A DNA stretch of 64,000 nt from Bdellovibrionales bacterium (GTDB lineage: Bacteria > Bdellovibrionota > Bdellovibrionia > Bdellovibrionales > UBA1609): the NCBI GenBank assembly GCA_020435005.1, contig JAGRAE010000001.1, positions 609 through 64,608 on the forward strand, written 5' to 3'. The position numbers were made by a program, and so were the translations under genes. Shown here piece by piece: positions 46,042-56,648 of this stretch. The notes below the pieces were generated by a model. The model searched no databases, was not told where the DNA came from, and saw only the letters and a program-made list of their open reading frames with translations. Position 1 is the stretch's first letter; each line of letters starts with the position of its first letter.

Positions 46042-46842
46042 TTAAAGACTAATATCAATAATGTCTATTAGTGCCGATACCACTTGTCTTTCATCTGTTA
46101 ATGTCTCTGCAATGGCAACGTGGGCTGCCTCCCTCACATTAATCCCAGATTTTATTAGGCAGCCAGCATGTATTAGAATACGAGTAGAAACTGTAGCCTT
46201 TAAATCGAAATTTTCACTTCTCCGAATTCTATTTGCTAAACGAGATAGAGCTTGCGCTTTTGAGAACTCTACTCCTGAGATATTCTGAATAAGCTCTGCC
46301 TCTCTTTTCTCATCAATATAATCCATTGATAAAGTTACAAATCTCTGACGAGTAGAAGGCTTCATCTCTTTGAGGCCGGACTGATATCCAGGATTAAAAC
46401 TTGCTACTACCATAAAATTATTTGAAGCTTTAACAACTTCATTAATTTTGTCTAAGTATATTTCTCTTCGGTGATCCGTGAGAGGGTGAATAGCAACAAT
46501 AACATCTTCTCGAGCTTCAGCTATCTCGTCAAAATACAAAATTGCGTCTGAACGAATGGCCCTAATTACAGGACCGTCTTGCCAGATTGTATCTCCTCCT
46601 TTGATTATAAATCTTCCAAGTAAATCAGTAGCATTTGTATCTTCGTTGCATGCTATTTTCACAAGAGGCTTTCCAAGCTTATAAGACATAAACTCAACAA
46701 ACTGTGATTTACCACAACCTGTTGGACCTTTTAATAGTAAGGGTAATTGGTTCTCATAACAGCTATTAAAAATTTCTTCTTCATTTTTATTAACTAAATA
46801 AAAGAGATCAGTAACAACCTCATTATCGTTATTCCACTTCAT
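46042..46842 (-). CDS. norQ: CbbQ/NirQ/NorQ-family AAA+ ATPase
   Basis: Walker A LKGPTGCGKSQ, Walker B ILYFDEIAEA; 266 aa. Overlaps the norB end by 14 nt. Confidence 0.9.
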   Translation of the reverse strand: MKWNNDNEVVTDLFYLVNKNEEEIFNSCYENQLPLLLKGPTGCGKSQFVEFMSYKLGKPLVKIACNEDTNATDLLGRFIIKGGDTIWQDGPVIRAIRSDAILYFDEIAEAREDVIVAIHPLTDHRREIYLDKINEVVKASNNFMVVASFNPGYQSGLKEMKPSTRQRFVTLSMDYIDEKREAELIQNISGVEFSKAQALSRLANRIRRSENFDLKATVSTRILIHAGCLIKSGINVREAAHVAIAETLTDERQVVSALIDIIDISL

Positions 46843-48163
46843 TCAATCTCCCTACAGGAGAACCAAAACGTACAAAGTTATAAACAAATGCAACTATTCC
46901 CATGGTAAATAAACTGGCTGCAAGTACCAGACCGAAAAAGTGGATTTCAATTTCTTTTTGCACGTGTAAGAAATCTAGGCCCATTTTTCTCTCCAAATAA
47001 ACTTGTGCAATTCCAGCTATACCAAAGGCTACAGTCATAGAAACCATACCAATATTTGATGTCCAAAACGCAAAAATATTTATGCTACTATCTTGTAGCT
47101 TTCTACCTGTTAACAAAGGCATACTATAAGTAATAATGGCAAGAATTAAGCAAGCGTAGGCCCCCCAGAACGCAAGATGTCCATGCATTGCAGTCACAAG
47201 AGTTCCATGTGTATACATATTCACCTGTGGAAGAGTATGAGCAAAACCTAAAAGTCCTGCACCTACAAAAGACATAATAGCTGTGCCTAGAGTCCATAAT
47301 AAAGCCGTTTTATTTGTTGGATTTTTACCACCCTTTTTAGCCATGGCAATAGCATAGATAGCCATCCCAAAAAATGCGATTGGTTCAAGGGCACTAAATA
47401 TTCCGCCAATCATCAACCAGTACTTTGGTGTACCTATATAATAATAATGATGACCCGTCCCTAAGATACCACTTAAAAATGTAAAACCAACAATAATGTA
47501 CAACCACTTTTCAATGATTTCTCTGTCAACACCTGTTAATTTAATTAATAGGAAAGACATTATTGCACCCATAATAAGCTCCCATACGCCCTCCACCCAT
47601 AAATGAACAACCCACCAACGCCAATATGAGTCGTGAGTTTGATGATCAGTTTCAATCATTCCAGGTAAATACAACAAGGCAGCAGTTAAAAGTCCAAAAA
47701 ACAAAACTATGCTTGTGGTTGTATAACGTTTTCCTTTCCAAATAGTTCCGCCAATAAGACCAATAAATAATAACACGTCAACAACAACTAAGTAATCAAG
47801 AGGACGAGGGATTTCTAAGAATTTTCGCCCCTCCCACCACTGAAAGTGAAACCCAATTATTGCTGTAACGCCAACAACTACGAAAGCTATTAATTGAATG
47901 TAAGCCCATCTGACCGAGATAATTTCCCTGTCGGCTTCTTCGGGTACTATATAATAAGCTGCCCCCATAAAGCCCGAAAGCAGCCACATAACTAAAAGAT
48001 TCGTATGAGTAGATCTCGCAACATTAAAAGGTATTAGTTCATGAAGTCCGTCATATCCCATATGAGCAAAACCCAATATGAATCCATATACCAACTGCAA
48101 ACTAAAAAGTAACATACATACTGCAAAAAACCAATAAGCCACTCTTTGTGATGAGTATTTCAT
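46829..48163 (-). CDS. norB: Nitric oxide reductase large subunit NorB (cNOR type)
   Basis: Twelve-TM haem-copper-oxidase-like protein with His ligand motifs: RSTHTNLLVMW, VVHLWVEGVWE, GTGHHYYY, AMHGHLAFWGAY. 444 aa. Confidence 0.9.
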   Translation of the reverse strand: MKYSSQRVAYWFFAVCMLLFSLQLVYGFILGFAHMGYDGLHELIPFNVARSTHTNLLVMWLLSGFMGAAYYIVPEEADREIISVRWAYIQLIAFVVVGVTAIIGFHFQWWEGRKFLEIPRPLDYLVVVDVLLFIGLIGGTIWKGKRYTTTSIVLFFGLLTAALLYLPGMIETDHQTHDSYWRWWVVHLWVEGVWELIMGAIMSFLLIKLTGVDREIIEKWLYIIVGFTFLSGILGTGHHYYYIGTPKYWLMIGGIFSALEPIAFFGMAIYAIAMAKKGGKNPTNKTALLWTLGTAIMSFVGAGLLGFAHTLPQVNMYTHGTLVTAMHGHLAFWGAYACLILAIITYSMPLLTGRKLQDSSINIFAFWTSNIGMVSMTVAFGIAGIAQVYLERKMGLDFLHVQKEIEIHFFGLVLAASLFTMGIVAFVYNFVRFGSPVGRLNEVE

Positions 48164-48882
48164 TTCTCACCCCCTTTTAATTTAGAAAGAAATGCTGCTA
48201 ATTCGATAATATCTTCTTCGGACAGTGGTAGTTTAGGCATCGCTGAATTTGACTTAATCTGCATAGGGTCCTTTAACCACTTCGTAAGATAAATGATATC
48301 TCTTGTAGATCCAATACTGTCTAAGGCGGGGCCAACTTGCCCGCCTTGACCGCCAAGACTGTGACAGGCAACACACATTTGATTAAATACGGTTGGACGA
48401 TTTTTACTGTTTACAATTGTATCTTCCATGGTTGTGCTGCCAATTGCTGTAGGCGATGCACTTTTTACCAGATCAGGTTCAGGAGGAAAACCATTGAGGT
48501 CCAAAGTCCCAATCCATCTAAGAAATGCTGTTAAATCATTAATCTCTTGTTCATTAAAATTATACTTAGTCATTTTCCTTTGACCGGGGTACATTGATTG
48601 TGGGGCCTTAAGTATTTCTTTTATAAAAACTTCTCCTCTACGCTCAAAAACTTTTGTAAGTTCTGGGGCATAATAGGCACCTTCACCGAGTATTGTATGA
48701 CAGCCCATGCAATTACTCTTATCAAAAAGGTGCTTGCCTCGAACAACATCTAAGGTCATTTCTTTTTGATTTGTTTGCTCTGGTATTCTTTGAAATGTAT
48801 CTATGGTTAATCCTATAAAAATAAGTGAAAAGGCCGTAGTACCAACTACAAAGAAGGCCTTTGCTTGTGATTTTGAAAGCAT
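48160..48882 (-). CDS. norC: Nitric oxide reductase cytochrome c subunit NorC fused to a second C-terminal class I cytochrome c domain
   Basis: The N-terminal TM anchor and VVRGKHLFDKSNCMGCHTILGEGAYYAPEL match canonical NorC. A second haem motif CVACH (Cys170/173/His174) with SAMPKL follows beyond about residue 135. Confidence 0.85.
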   Translation of the reverse strand: MLSKSQAKAFFVVGTTAFSLIFIGLTIDTFQRIPEQTNQKEMTLDVVRGKHLFDKSNCMGCHTILGEGAYYAPELTKVFERRGEVFIKEILKAPQSMYPGQRKMTKYNFNEQEINDLTAFLRWIGTLDLNGFPPEPDLVKSASPTAIGSTTMEDTIVNSKNRPTVFNQMCVACHSLGGQGGQVGPALDSIGSTRDIIYLTKWLKDPMQIKSNSAMPKLPLSEEDIIELAAFLSKLKGGEK

Positions 48883-48935
48883 CCCATCTCCCTTTTGCTA
48901 TTTTTCTTAGCATAATGCTGTTTTAGCAACGCGAG

Positions 48936-48950
48936 TATGATCTAAATCAC
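48936..48950. promoter_or_regulatory. FNR/Dnr-type dyad (TGAT-N4-ATCA) in the divergent norC / 49042 promoter region
   Basis: tATGATCTAAATCAC lies about 55 nt upstream of the norC start. It is identical, as reverse complement, to 55091-55105 upstream of nirS. Confidence 0.6.
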
Positions 48951-49041
48951 CTCTTTCAGAAAATACTTCTTCCTCACTTTCATTTACATAGATATTTTAA
49001 GATTAATTTGTAAGAGGCACCTAGACAAAAAACTAAACAAC

Positions 49042-50427
49042 ATGAGAGGAGTAAAAGTGCCAAAGTTTTATTTATTGATTTATACCTTTTTTTTTACATT
49101 AGCAGGATTCGCACAAAATGGTAAAAACATTCAATTAAACGAATCTTCTGGTAGGATAAATCTTGCGGCTGAAAAACTAAAATTGTTTAAAGAACAAGAA
49201 TCTTTCAAAATTGAATACTCCTGTGAAAAACAAAAAATTTATCAAGAGAGTCAGAGCCTCCTACTTGGAAGCTCTCAAGAATGCAAACAAGAAATAATAT
49301 ACTTACTTCAAAGAAAACATAGAGAATTACTAACATTATCTTTTCTTCAGACCAATGCCCATCGGGACACCAACATTTATGATCAGTTTGGCCTTTCCAA
49401 GAGAGCTACTAAGACTGTTGCCAGAGCAAGAGTCTTACCTTGGCTCAAACTGACAGCTATGCATTTTACAGATGAAAATCTTCAAAAAGATCCTTACAGG
49501 CTCATCTCTGGATACATGAATATTTCAAACCAAACTGATTTTCCAATAGAAATTAACTATGGATACGAAGAGGATAGCAAATCGAAATTAAATATATTGT
49601 ACGGCAAAAAAAACTTTGGGATCTTAAAGGACTCTACAAGTTTATCATTATATGTGGGTGGTCTCATCCTAGATCAAAAATTTCGTAAAAATATCGAGAG
49701 AGAGGATAACCGCTATTTCAGTGCTTTGCAATTCAACTTTAACCAAATAGATCAGTCAATTATTTTGGGTGGTGGCAAAGAAGATAATGGACCTCACTCT
49801 TACTTGTTTGGTCTACACGGTTCAGTGCTCGGTAATGTCGCTAATGAGTGGATGAGCCTTTGTCGAGTAAAAAAAAATCGAAATTCAAAAGGAAGCCCAC
49901 TTAAAACACGATTTTGTATACTTTCAGTATCTATAGAAAATAAAAACTTAAAAAGGGGACGTTATACTGATTTTTTAGGAGTATTTACGCCCGGCATGAT
50001 CAAACCAACTCGAATTGTAAACGGAAGCACACTCAATGAAAACCCGACTTCAGCAACGACCAGATCATATCTGGATCGCCCCCTTTGGGAACTCACGGCT
50101 TCGACCACCGAAGTTGAAGTTTCTGAAAATGAAAATCTGTACTTAAGTTTAGTCGGTATAAACCGAAGTTTTAAAAGTGATGTTTTGTTTGCACGACATC
50201 CATTTTTTGGAATATCGCTTGAAATTAATAACCACATTTACTTTGATAGAAAAAGTTTTAAAGTTAAAGCTGATGATAATAAAAAAGTCTTAAATACAAA
50301 CTTTGGATTTGGATTAGGTAGTGGGAAAGGTGATAATTCCTGGGCTTTAGGGGCCTCTATTGGTTTTGATATTAAAAATGCAGACCCCATTCTTCAATTT
50401 GTACTATCAAAAAGATTTGGTGATTAA
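49042..50427 (+). CDS. Hypothetical secreted / outer-membrane protein
   Basis: Signal peptide ...LLIYTFFFTLAGFAQ. 461 aa, rich in beta-strand-like alternating segments and Gly/Asn turns. No recognised motif. Divergent from norC. Confidence 0.5.
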   Translation: MRGVKVPKFYLLIYTFFFTLAGFAQNGKNIQLNESSGRINLAAEKLKLFKEQESFKIEYSCEKQKIYQESQSLLLGSSQECKQEIIYLLQRKHRELLTLSFLQTNAHRDTNIYDQFGLSKRATKTVARARVLPWLKLTAMHFTDENLQKDPYRLISGYMNISNQTDFPIEINYGYEEDSKSKLNILYGKKNFGILKDSTSLSLYVGGLILDQKFRKNIEREDNRYFSALQFNFNQIDQSIILGGGKEDNGPHSYLFGLHGSVLGNVANEWMSLCRVKKNRNSKGSPLKTRFCILSVSIENKNLKRGRYTDFLGVFTPGMIKPTRIVNGSTLNENPTSATTRSYLDRPLWELTASTTEVEVSENENLYLSLVGINRSFKSDVLFARHPFFGISLEINNHIYFDRKSFKVKADDNKKVLNTNFGFGLGSGKGDNSWALGASIGFDIKNADPILQFVLSKRFGD

Positions 50428-50442
50428 AGTTAATATAATAAC

Positions 50443-50919
50443 CTACCAAAAAATAATTTTTAGAACATTGGTCGACTCTTTAATTGGTTCTAAAAAAGGT
50501 ACTCCATAGAAACTCAGAGTCGGTAAAACTTTATCAAGTAGTTTTAAACTGTCGACACAACCCTCTCCACCAAAGTATAGAGTTACATTTCTAATTCCTT
50601 GCAGATCGGATGGACTGTGCAAAACGCCCCCAAAGCCCTCAAGTCGACAATCGTATAGATCTGGAAAGTCAACATAGGCAGTGTAAGATCTACCCAACCA
50701 AAAACCCGTTTGATGCCATTGGGGATCATAGTTTATCCATTCTACTTGATACTCAACCTTATAGATTTTTGTATCGGGAAAATAAATAATTTCCCTTAGC
50801 TGATCACCACTTGAGTTTCTAGCAATACTCAGTTGTGCTTCGACAAAGTCAACATTAGCAAAAATCTGACTGGTCCATAACAATGTTGATAACACACCTA
50901 AAATTTTAAAAATTTTCAT
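50443..50919 (-). CDS. Hypothetical small secreted protein
   Basis: Signal peptide MKIFKILGVLSTLLWTSQIFA; 158 aa. Last gene of the apparent nirS-regulator-porin transcription unit, with a 32-nt gap to the porin gene. Confidence 0.5.
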   Translation of the reverse strand: MKIFKILGVLSTLLWTSQIFANVDFVEAQLSIARNSSGDQLREIIYFPDTKIYKVEYQVEWINYDPQWHQTGFWLGRSYTAYVDFPDLYDCRLEGFGGVLHSPSDLQGIRNVTLYFGGEGCVDSLKLLDKVLPTLSFYGVPFLEPIKESTNVLKIIFW

Positions 50920-50951
50920 AAATACTCCTCCCCAATAAAATAATTCATGAT

Positions 50952-52193
50952 CTAAAAATAACTTCCGGCTTGGAAATAATAAAACTGCATTTGCTTACTG
51001 CCAGAATTATCTTTGAGATATTCTTCAGGCCATACCTGTGATACACCTATTTCAAAGGTCAATTCTTCTGAAAACAAATAACTTAATACTAAATCAATTT
51101 CATTGGCAATAGCAGATTGTATGCCCGAAGTACCATAGGGTGCTCCAGAAAAATTGTAAGATGGGGCGTTGTTACTAGTCCTTTCAAATTGATGGTGATC
51201 TAATGAAATCTTAAATGAGTCAGTGACTTTGCCAGAAAAACCAACACGAAAGCCCTTAATATTTTTACGTGAAAAAAGATCTGCATATCCTAACCATTTA
51301 TGACCAGTGGGAAAAAGTTGATCATAATTTTCACTTGCAGAGAAATATTCAATAGAAAGGCGATGCCTTCCAAAAAATCTATAACCCAGCTCTACATCCA
51401 CTTGCAGTTCATCTTCATCAGATCCCGCTACCTTAACTTTCTCAAAGGTTGCCTCAAGACGATAATCCCAATCAAATATAGGTGATTTAAATCGAAAACC
51501 GTAGGCAGTAGTATTGTTTCCCAACATATCGGAGGCATCATTTTTACGTAAAGCATATATATCAAACTCTTTTATCTCATCAGAAATCTGAAAACTAGAA
51601 TAAATACCAATTAGTGATTTATCACCAGCTCCCGCCTTACTAACATTATTATCCCTCAAGGTGGAATACATAATTTCTAACGAACCTAAATCCCATTTTT
51701 GATGAAATTGAATCAAATCAAAAGATCGGCCTTGATTACTCCACCCTACACCACCCAAAAGTAGTTGGTCTCCATAATTAAGCTCTTTACGTCCAGCGGT
51801 AAAAGCAAAATTATCATTAAAGTTATATTTTAGATAGGCTTGGTGCACATCAAGACTTGTATCATTTAGGACGCCGCTAGTTTCTTTTTCAGTAGAAGAT
51901 GAGGTGCCGTTAGGTACAAATTCTGTTTGCCCCCAAATTTTAGTAAATTGAGGTTGAAAAAACACAATCGTCTTTTCACTCTGCTTAAAACTCATATCTA
52001 ATCGAAAACGCGATCCTGTAAAATCAGTATAGTCACTAACGTTTTTATTAAAATCTGAATTATTTCGAACCTCAACACGGGCACGAGCTGAACCTTTTAT
52101 TTGAAAATTACTGGATTCTGCTTTTGCAAAGTTAAATAAAATACAACTAGAAAGTACAATAATCGAGATAATACTTTTTCTTAAATGATGCAT
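50952..52193 (-). CDS. Outer-membrane porin, alginate-export (AlgE-like) family by pattern
   Basis: Signal peptide, then GSARARVEVRNN, LDVHQAYLKY, GRKELNYGDQLLLGGVGWSNQGRSFD, and a C-terminal ...FQAGSYF. Family assignment is from memory of PF13372-like motifs. Confidence 0.5.
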   Translation of the reverse strand: MHHLRKSIISIIVLSSCILFNFAKAESSNFQIKGSARARVEVRNNSDFNKNVSDYTDFTGSRFRLDMSFKQSEKTIVFFQPQFTKIWGQTEFVPNGTSSSTEKETSGVLNDTSLDVHQAYLKYNFNDNFAFTAGRKELNYGDQLLLGGVGWSNQGRSFDLIQFHQKWDLGSLEIMYSTLRDNNVSKAGAGDKSLIGIYSSFQISDEIKEFDIYALRKNDASDMLGNNTTAYGFRFKSPIFDWDYRLEATFEKVKVAGSDEDELQVDVELGYRFFGRHRLSIEYFSASENYDQLFPTGHKWLGYADLFSRKNIKGFRVGFSGKVTDSFKISLDHHQFERTSNNAPSYNFSGAPYGTSGIQSAIANEIDLVLSYLFSEELTFEIGVSQVWPEEYLKDNSGSKQMQFYYFQAGSYF

Positions 52194-52217
52194 GATTGTA
52201 TCTCCAAATTTAAAAAT

Positions 52218-52940
52218 TTAAATTTCAGCTCCCATAAATTCGATTAATTTAGAAGATTTTAAAATTGTTATTTGCTTATCATTTGTCACGACATACCCTT
52301 TCTTAGACCAGTCACTCATAATTCTAATTATTGACTCTACAGAAGCCCCCACAGTATCGGCTATTTCCTTCCGGGTTAAAGGGATTGGAATCGTTTGTTG
52401 ACTATTTGTAGATTGGAGTTCTGCAAGTTCAATTAACAGATTGGCCATTTTTGCTTGTAGTGAAGACTTATTTAATACTTTCTGTTGCTGCAGGGACACC
52501 ATTCTATTTGACAGTAAATTCTGTATTCTAAATACCAAAGTAGGATTATCTTTCCAGCAAGAATAATTTGCTTTAGGAATTTTTAAAGCCCTTGATGGAC
52601 CCATAGAAATAGCAGATATGGGATAAAGTGGATTTCTTTGTGTCAAAATAAGGGCTCCCAATACGTCGCCAGGGCCTGAAAAATGAATAATCGCATCATC
52701 ACCTTGTAAAGTTTGCCTCACCAATTTAAAAGCTCCACTCAATATGACGAAAAAGAAATCGGCTTTACTGCCAGCTTTGAACAATACTTTTCTATGATCA
52801 TTAACTATAACTTTACCACCTTGACACAAGCTTTTTACTTCTAACTCTGAAAATTCAGAGAATAATTTTAAAGCACAAAGCTCTGGCAACACGCCATATT
52901 GCATAAGTTCAGAATTCATACATTCACAATTAACACTCAA
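52218..52940 (-). CDS. CRP/FNR-family transcriptional regulator (Dnr/NnrR/FNR class unresolved)
   Basis: cNMP-binding-like beta-roll and C-terminal HTH LTRKEIADTVGASVESIIRIMSDW, aligning with FNR VETISR and CRP RETVGR (Glu and Arg conserved). TTG start at 52940, or ATG at 52919. Confidence 0.85.
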   Translation of the reverse strand: MSVNCECMNSELMQYGVLPELCALKLFSEFSELEVKSLCQGGKVIVNDHRKVLFKAGSKADFFFVILSGAFKLVRQTLQGDDAIIHFSGPGDVLGALILTQRNPLYPISAISMGPSRALKIPKANYSCWKDNPTLVFRIQNLLSNRMVSLQQQKVLNKSSLQAKMANLLIELAELQSTNSQQTIPIPLTRKEIADTVGASVESIIRIMSDWSKKGYVVTNDKQITILKSSKLIEFMGAEI

Positions 52941-52962
52941 TCTAAATACTCGGCAACAGTTG

Positions 52963-53002
52963 TCTCAATGCAAATTTACCATTTTGTAGATTTGCATTGA
53001 GA
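52963..53002. promoter_or_regulatory. 13-bp perfect inverted repeat between the nirS stop and the regulator gene start (terminator-like or operator)
   Basis: TCTCAATGCAAAT (52963-52975) and ATTTGCATTGAGA (52990-53002) with a 14-nt spacer. No U-tract follows on the minus strand. Confidence 0.4.
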
Positions 53003-53017
53003 TTATTTAAATAAAAC

Positions 53018-55000
<1,983 letters not shown>

Positions 55001-55090
55001 CTAATAATTAAAGAAATTTATCACCTTAGCCAAATTATAAACAATCAAATATTGAAATCAACGTTCATTTTAATCTTTTTTATGAGTATA

Positions 55091-55105
55091 GTGATTTAGA
55101 TCATA
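55091..55105. promoter_or_regulatory. FNR/Dnr-type dyad upstream of nirS
   Basis: GTGATTTAGATCATa is the reverse complement of the 15-mer at 48936-48950. It lies about 100 nt upstream of the nirS start codon. Confidence 0.6.
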
Positions 55106-55159
55106 TTTATTTTTTTTCTAATTACCGAGGTATTATTATGTTTTCGTTAGGTTGACTTA

Positions 55160-56275
55160 CTAATAGCTCTTAAAACAATTATTAAAAGTTAATCTTAAAT
55201 GCTTATCCAACCATATAACCATAGAGATAGCAAATAAAACTACTGAGCTCCAAAAAATAGTTCCGTCAATAGAATATGTACTATTCCACCTTAATACTGC
55301 CCCCAATAGCAAAAGAAAACAAATCAAAGCAATTCTTTTAGAATTTAATTCGTAATCTAAATTACTTTGACTATGTGCGAGAGTTACTCTAGTTGCAACC
55401 ATTATTGTTAGTAATGTAAATCCACCTATATACACTAAGTGAGAGCTCGACACAAATTGGGAGGTGACTACTCTTAAGCCATGCCCTAATAATGTAAATA
55501 CTATGGCCATTTTCAAACCTAATCCTAGCCAACCAAAGACAATCCCTCTTTTAAAAAGTCCAAAGTCCACAACTCCTATGTAAGACAATATTATTAACCT
55601 CAAGACATTTGCCATAGTCAATAGACCAAGATATTCAACGAAGAAACTTAGATTTAAAAAAAACACTTTTAGAGATATTGCTTTATAGTTAAAACTAAGC
55701 ACTGTACCATGACTCATAAATAAATTGGGCAACCTTGAAAGCGCAGGCACCAGTCTACTACCTAATCCAATGATTAGATTTAGTATAAATCCCTCCCCTG
55801 CAAATAGAAAAAGTGTCTTGTAGTCCTTATAAAAGATAAAGTTAATTAATCCAAAAATGGCCAAAAAAAATGCTGCCGGCAAAAAAAGAAAACCGGCAAA
55901 AGGTAGCTTTCTTTTTTTTTGAAAACGGGATAAAATAAAAAATAATAAAAATATCAATTGTATAAAATAAAAGAAAACAGCTAGATCAGTTCTATTAAAA
56001 AAATTCAAAATAAACTGAACTAAAACAAGTGAGCTTGCCAACCAGACTTCTAAACTACAGGTCAACCGAGAGTCTGTCATATGAGGAATAGCCGTCATTA
56101 AAAATCCGGCTACAAAGCTCCAGAAAAACGCAAAGAACATAATCTGGATATGAGCCCTTCGAGGATAAAATGCAATCAATCCTACATCAAAAAACAACCA
56201 AATTAAAACCCCCATCAAACCAAACAATACACCCAAAATGAATAATGGTTTGTATGGATTTTTTACTGCATACAT
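55160..56275 (-). CDS. nnrS: NnrS-family membrane protein (NO-response haem/copper protein family)
   Basis: About 12 TM helices. AHIQIMFFAFFWSFVAGFLMTAIPHMT matches the NnrS pattern H...GF...GFLLTA. Adjacent to nirS. Confidence 0.75.
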   Translation of the reverse strand: MYAVKNPYKPLFILGVLFGLMGVLIWLFFDVGLIAFYPRRAHIQIMFFAFFWSFVAGFLMTAIPHMTDSRLTCSLEVWLASSLVLVQFILNFFNRTDLAVFFYFIQLIFLLFFILSRFQKKRKLPFAGFLFLPAAFFLAIFGLINFIFYKDYKTLFLFAGEGFILNLIIGLGSRLVPALSRLPNLFMSHGTVLSFNYKAISLKVFFLNLSFFVEYLGLLTMANVLRLIILSYIGVVDFGLFKRGIVFGWLGLGLKMAIVFTLLGHGLRVVTSQFVSSSHLVYIGGFTLLTIMVATRVTLAHSQSNLDYELNSKRIALICFLLLLGAVLRWNSTYSIDGTIFWSSVVLFAISMVIWLDKHLRLTFNNCFKSY

Positions 56276-56304
56276 TAGTTCTATAATCCTTTTATTAAAA
56301 TGGT

Positions 56305-56577
56305 TTATTGATTAGAACCACAAATACCACAACAATTTTCCTGATTACCATTTACGGCCTTGGGAACCACCAAGTGCCATCTGTCGTTTTTATTATAATA
56401 TTTTACCTGACTCACTCCTATGTCCGTCAATAAATCTATTTGTTTTCTAGTTTCCTTCAATGAGTTCTTTGATTGAAAGACAGCCGTACATCCATTTGCT
56501 AACCCCTCAATAACTGAAAAAACTAAACCACTCCTAAATCTTTCATTAAATACATCTAAATTAATTATTACTTCCAT
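56305..56577 (-). CDS. Small protein, DUF2249/TusA-like by pattern, with a C-terminal CCGICG tail
   Basis: Good Shine-Dalgarno (GGAG 6 nt before the ATG at 56577). INLDV...EGLANG...DRWHLVVPK resembles DUF2249. The tail is ...ENCCGICGSNQ. A 29-nt gap to nnrS suggests co-transcription. Confidence 0.5.
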   Translation of the reverse strand: MEVIINLDVFNERFRSGLVFSVIEGLANGCTAVFQSKNSLKETRKQIDLLTDIGVSQVKYYNKNDRWHLVVPKAVNGNQENCCGICGSNQ

Positions 56578-56634
56578 TTGTACTCCACAAAAATCTTCAT
56601 TCTTACATTATAGGCAACAATTAGAAAATCCTTT

Positions 56635-56648
56635 ATGATTTACCTCAT
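56635..56648. promoter_or_regulatory. Degenerate FNR/Dnr-like dyad upstream of the small-protein/nnrS operon
   Basis: ATGATTTACCTCAT lies within the palindrome TTATGA-N6-TCATAA (56633-56650), about 58-70 nt upstream of the ATG at 56577. One core mismatch relative to TGAT-N4-ATCA. Confidence 0.35.

Noticed and set aside
52963-53002. Reading the nirS-regulator inverted repeat as an NsrR binding site.
   Set aside because: The arms (TCTCAATGCAAAT) do not match the NsrR consensus as I remember it (AAGATGCATTT-type 11-1-11 repeat), and the spacing is different. It is kept only as a generic hairpin/operator candidate.
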